Positions 59,096-64,000 of a stretch of DNA of 64,000 bases are shown here, in pieces. The stretch covers positions 64,001 to 128,000 of the IMG/VR virus record IMGVR_UViG_3300001487_000119; one strand, given 5' to 3'. The notes below the pieces were generated by a model, which worked only from the letters and a program-made list of their open reading frames with translations, ran no database searches and had not been told where the DNA came from. The stretch comes from a virus. Lineage: Duplodnaviria > Caudoviricetes. Both the position numbers and the translations under genes were made by a program. Within the stretch, counting starts at the first letter, position 1, and each line of letters starts with the position of its first letter.

Positions 59096-60718
59096 GTGCA
59101 AATTGATATAACATATGACAATCAATATTTGGTATGCAATTCAGATTATCCTTATGAACTACAGCTATTAAAGAATTTTTTGACAAGGGAAATTTCTAAT
59201 GCTTGGTTACTTAAGAAAAAGATGCCTTATATTAATACTGAACGCTGTTTTATAAATGAATATGGAATGGTGCCGGTTGGTTTATGGTTAGAAGTTCTTC
59301 AATTTTGCAAGCAATTTAATATTTCTGCAAATTTAACAGAAAATACTACAAATTATATTAATCAATTCCAATTAGATTATCAGGCTTTTCACATTTATAT
59401 AGATGATATGTTCAATGGTGCTGAAATGCCTATTAAAGATGATGACGGAAATATAGAATGTTATGTGCCATTTAAACCTCATGAATATCAAATTAAAGCT
59501 GCATATACTCTAATTAAATATAGAAAAGCTTGCGGAGAAATATCTACTTCAGGCGGAAAAACTCTTATATCATTTATATTATTTAAATATTTTATTGATA
59601 TGGGAGTTAAAAAAGTTTTATATATAGTTCCATCTGTTGATTTAGCAAATCAATCTGCAGAAAAATATGAATTATATGAATCATATCTTAAAAAGCATAA
59701 ACACAATTGGGAAATTGGAGTATTACATTCCGGTTTAACTAAAAAAGAAAGAGAAAAAGTAGAATCATGTAATGTTTTATTTAGCACTTTTCAATCTTTA
59801 AATAGAAAAGAAAATGAATTTTTTAAAGATTTTGGAGCATGTATAAATGACGAAACACACCATGCATCAGCTGCTACTGTAAAAAAGACATTATCTAAAT
59901 GTGTTAATTTACGATATTCTATAGGTGTAACAGGAACATTTCCGAAACCTAATACTATTGAAAATATTGAAATTCAATCATATATTGGCCCTGTTGTTTA
60001 TAAATTAACTTCAGATCAATTAATTAATGAAGAACATGCGGCTACCCCAATTTATATAGTTTTTCAAATTATGAATTGGGGAACACAAGATGAAAAACGT
60101 CAACTTTATTATAATAGAGCGCAAAAAGCTAATAATGAAGATGATATGCAACTTGGAAATAAATTATTAAAACAAGAGCAAGAATTTGTTAATAATTCGT
60201 ATACTCGATTGAAATTTATTGGAGATTTGGCAATTAAAATGGCTAAAAATACTCTTATAATATTCGGAGATGTTAAAGGCGGATACGGAAAAAAGATTAT
60301 GGAATATATAAAAGAGAATTCTGATAAGAATGTCTATTATGTAGATGGAAATACACCAAATGAAAATCGAGAATATTATAAAAAATGTATGGCGGAAGAT
60401 ACTACTGGAAAAACAATAATTGTCGGAAGTATAGGAACATTCGGGGAAGGTCTGGATATTGGAAATTTGGAATCTATATTCTTAGTTAATTCAGCAAAAT
60501 CAGATAGAATGGTTAGACAAGTTGTTGGACGTGGTTTACGTAATGCATCCGGAAAAGAAAAATGTATTTTATATGATTTTGTAGATGATTTAAGATATAG
60601 TGAAGATAAGAAAAAACGATATTATGACAATTATATGTGGGCTCACTATAAAACCAGAAAAGGAATTTATACTGAACAACATTTTCCGACATATGAACAA
60701 AAATATGATTTTAAATAA
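59096..60718 (+). CDS. uvsW: UvsW-like SF2 DNA helicase
   Basis: YQ, STSGGKT, IVPS, STFQSL, DETH, GVTGT, GEGLD, QVVGRGLR, YDFVDD. Confidence 0.9.
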   Translation: MQIDITYDNQYLVCNSDYPYELQLLKNFLTREISNAWLLKKKMPYINTERCFINEYGMVPVGLWLEVLQFCKQFNISANLTENTTNYINQFQLDYQAFHIYIDDMFNGAEMPIKDDDGNIECYVPFKPHEYQIKAAYTLIKYRKACGEISTSGGKTLISFILFKYFIDMGVKKVLYIVPSVDLANQSAEKYELYESYLKKHKHNWEIGVLHSGLTKKEREKVESCNVLFSTFQSLNRKENEFFKDFGACINDETHHASAATVKKTLSKCVNLRYSIGVTGTFPKPNTIENIEIQSYIGPVVYKLTSDQLINEEHAATPIYIVFQIMNWGTQDEKRQLYYNRAQKANNEDDMQLGNKLLKQEQEFVNNSYTRLKFIGDLAIKMAKNTLIIFGDVKGGYGKKIMEYIKENSDKNVYYVDGNTPNENREYYKKCMAEDTTGKTIIVGSIGTFGEGLDIGNLESIFLVNSAKSDRMVRQVVGRGLRNASGKEKCILYDFVDDLRYSEDKKKRYYDNYMWAHYKTRKGIYTEQHFPTYEQKYDFK

Positions 60719-60749
60719 AAAGAGATTCAAATTTGAATCTCTTTATTTT

Positions 60750-61556
60750 TTATAATTTTATTACCGGACGAATTGGTAATCCGCATAACCTACTTTCAGC
60801 AATATATTGCCAATAACCTTTATATATAGTTAAAATTTCTAATTCATTATTATCACCATCCCATGTAGAAATTGGACCTGATATCCAATATTCAATATGG
60901 CCATCAGCTAAAGCTGGTTTAGAACCAAAACTAGTATGTCCGCTAGCAGGTAAAAATAATGTATTCCCATTAATTTTACTAATTAATAATGCGCCATACA
61001 GCTAATTAATATTATTGTATTTTCGTTTATATTTAACTGTTGTATATTTTTTTAATTCTTCAAACTATTGCATAGTTGGCATATAAAATTTAAAGTTATG
61101 TAAATGCATATTTTGGTAAGCAGCATCATCTTCTGGCAGCAAATAATCTAAATTATCTATATTTGATTTATCATATTTTGTTTTTACATTAAATGCATAT
61201 TTTGTTAACTAATAAATTCTACCAAATTTATAATTATCCCAATTATATTCCGGTTTATTTGCTTCAATCTCACCCCATGCATAATAATCACCACGCCAAT
61301 CTTCTGAATTAGACTATTCTGGATGATTATTTAATAATTCATAATCACATCCTAAATTGTATTTGCACCACAGAGTTCCAGATGGTAGTCCAAGATCAAC
61401 TACGTTATTCATTAAATCTAAATACTCTTTAGTTCCATCTTGATGATTAACTTTGCTATTAGACTGCCCTTGAATATCTTCTTGATCTTCATAGTCATCT
61501 AATGCAAATTTAATTCCTCTATTAACAGCTTCTAATATTTTATTATAATTTTTCAT
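60750..61556 (-). CDS. Leader-B + VDLGLPSG domain protein (4 TAG)
   Basis: Read-through to GLPIRPVIKL, ends TAA. Confidence 0.8.
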
Positions 61557-61563
61557 AATTAAT

Positions 61564-62367
61564 TTATAAATTTATTACCGGGCGAATATTAAACCCGTTA
61601 GCACGACTGACAATATTATCGCCATATCTATTGGAATTGAAAAAACAATAGTAAGCCCAGCGAGCATCAGATAAGAAAAGACTCGAAGACCACAATAAAC
61701 AAGCAGAACCAACATTTCCACATGAATCACCGGCTGCCGGGATAAACAACTAATTTCCGTTTTTCTTTCCTTCAAAAACTCTGCCGTTCAATCCTTGAAT
61801 TCCGCTATCATCTTCATGATTATGTATAGTTTTATTAGGATCATAATTATTAACCCAATAGTTTTTAGTGCAATTTCCTAATTCTTCAAACTATTCTTTA
61901 GTCGGAATATGAAATTTAAAATTATATAATTTTTTATTCTAGTAAGCTGCATCATCTTCTGGTAATAATTCAGATAAATTATCAGTAAAACCATTTAAAC
62001 CAACATCAGGAACATTACAATATTTAGTTAAAGATCCATCAAAATAATCATTTCCAAATTTATAATTATCCCAATTATATTCCGGTTTATTTCCTTCTAA
62101 TTCACCCCATGCATAGTATTTTCCATACCAGTCTTCTGGATTAGTTAACTGGTTTGGATTAACATCTAAGTTATACTTGCACCATAAGGTTCCTGAAGGA
62201 AGATCCAAATCTACCACTTCTTTCATTAAATCTAAATATTCATTCATTCCACCCTAATATTTAACTTTGCTGTTAACTTGACCTTGAAGTTCATTATCTT
62301 CAAAATCATCCAATGCAAATTTAATTCCTCTATTAATAGCTTCTAATATTTTATTATAATTTTTCAT
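61564..62367 (-). CDS. Leader-B + VDLGLPSG domain protein (4 TAG)
   Basis: KVKY(Q)GG matches KVKYQGG of the paralog at 38167; ends GFNIRPVINL. Confidence 0.82.
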
Positions 62368-62376
62368 TTAATTAAT

Positions 62377-63246
62377 TTATAAATTTATTACTGGGCGAAT
62401 ATTATAACCAGTACAACGATAATTAGTGTAAATATCGAAATTGTCTGAATAGAAGCATAAAGAGTAAGCATGGTTGGGACATTCTAAATAAAGAGTTGAA
62501 GACCATAAGTAAATATAATAATCAACATTATTAACACTATCGCCAATATAATAACCAGCTGCAGGAATAAATAACTAATTTCCATTCTTTCCTTCAAATA
62601 TTCTGCCATTCAAACCTTTAATTCCACCATCATTTTTTGGATTATGAATAGTTTTATTTGGATTATAATTTTTAACCTAATAATTACTTGTATATTTTAT
62701 TAGTTCTTCACACTATTCTTTAGTCGGTATACGGAATTTAAAATTATGGCATTTTTTAAATTGATAAGCAGCATCATCTTCTGGAAGAAGTTCAGTTAAA
62801 TTATCTGCAAATTGTGTATATGGATAATTTTCATTATTGTCTATTCTTTTAACTCCATCTTCTTTTTTACTACAATATTTAGTCATTTTTTCTAAATATG
62901 GACGTTTACCAGAATATTTATAATTAGCCCAACCGAAATAACTTTTACCATCTTTGTTTGTTTTATTTCCTTCTAATTCACCCCAAGCATAATATTTACC
63001 ATACCAGTTTTTAGCTTTAGTTAATTGATTAGAATTAACATCAAGATTATATTTACACCATAAAGTTCCAGAAGGAAGCCCCAAATCAACGACTTCTTCC
63101 ATTAAATCCAACCATTCTTTGGTTCCATATTGATAATTAACTTTACTATTAGTTTGACCTTGAAGTTCATCTTGATTATCAAAGTCATCTAAAGCAAACT
63201 TAATACCTCTATTGACAGCTTCTAATATTTGTTTATAATTCTTCAT
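62377..63246 (-). CDS. Leader-B + VDLGLPSG domain protein (3 TAG)
   Basis: Read-through to FIPAAG...WSSTL...GYNIRPVINL. Confidence 0.82.
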
Positions 63247-63321
63247 ATCAATATATTTATTTTTAACATTTTAGCTGAACTATAATACAATAATAAATAA
63301 TAAAACTATTGAAAGGCGAAT

Positions 63322-63987
63322 ATGAAAAGTATATTTATAGGATTTGATTTTAGTATGAATAAACCGGCCGCGACATTATTATATGATTAGCAATTTTATC
63401 ATTTAATATGGCCAGCAGATTTATCAGAAAAACATTAGAATATTTATAAAGATCATGATGTCTATTGTTATTCTAGAGGATTGAGTGCTGTTTCTACTAA
63501 AGATAAAAATTCATAGATTGTTTTAGAACATACTATACGTTCAACTGAATTAGCAAATCTTATAATAAACACTTTAGATTATATTATAGATGATATGTTA
63601 AAAATTTCTTCAGATACACCAATTTATATTTCATCTGAGGGGTTATCATATGGATCTAAGGGTGATGCTGCTTTGAATCTTGCAACATATAAAGGTGTTT
63701 TACTTAGCAAATTATATGAAAAATATAAAGATAGATTATATGGACTTTATACATATTCGCCTATTACATTAAAAGCTACTGCTGGTTGTGCAGCTAAAAA
63801 TAAACAAACATCTAAAACACCGATGATAGATGCATTTATGAGAGAACCGGTTAATAACAAATTTCATAATGGTTTAATAGCTGGGGATTTTATAAATAAA
63901 ACTGCATATATTCATTGTGTTGATGATATAGTTGACAGTTATTGGGCGTTAATAACTATGATTAAAAAGGAAGGGTTTCTTAAGTAA
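63322..63987 (+). CDS. RuvC-like Holliday junction resolvase (2 TAG)
   Basis: N-terminal IFIGFDFSMNKPA (first catalytic D) restored by read-through; SEGLSYG; DDIVDSYW. Confidence 0.7.
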
Positions 63988-64000
63988 TGAATTTAAATCT

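Noticed and set aside
2-63987. Widespread pseudogenisation suggested by the fragmented ORF track
   Set aside because: All breaks I traced are in-frame TAG with no frameshifts, and they align with Gln in paralogs

Overview
AT-rich segment of a T4-like jumbo myophage genome, resembling the Lak/Prevotella megaphages, in which TAG is read as Gln (genetic code 15). The supplied ORF track is therefore fragmented. Reading through TAG joins many pieces into intact genes that end in TAA/TGA. Core genes: the C-terminal half of a split family-B DNA polymerase, gp46/gp47 (SbcC/SbcD-like), tail sheath, primase, gp32-like SSB, PhoH, GIY-YIG/NUMOD3 endonuclease, holin-like protein, Dps-like protein, gp15-like tail completion protein, a large acidic head-core-like protein, RecA/UvsX, a sigma factor, UvsW and a RuvC-like resolvase. 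The most striking unexplained structure is about 20 dispersed genes built from one of two conserved N-terminal leaders: A, MK(K/R)DNKKALYESIMTSVAKEVKKVLNE, and B, MKNYNKILEAVNRGIKFALDDF..QGQ.NSKV. The leaders are fused to interchangeable cargo domains, usually sit behind an AATAAATA late-type promoter, and carry (I/L)-x-E prohead-protease-like sites. I infer a modular capsid-targeting cassette system. Many cargos are VDLGLPSG...RPV lectin-like domains whose 3' ends look like DGR variable regions, but no RT or template repeat is in the window. Also present: a cluster of host-type secreted proteins (T9SS-like and exosortase-like sorting signals), three promoter classes, and several structured non-coding elements. 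Functional calls come from motif recognition only; no database searches were run.
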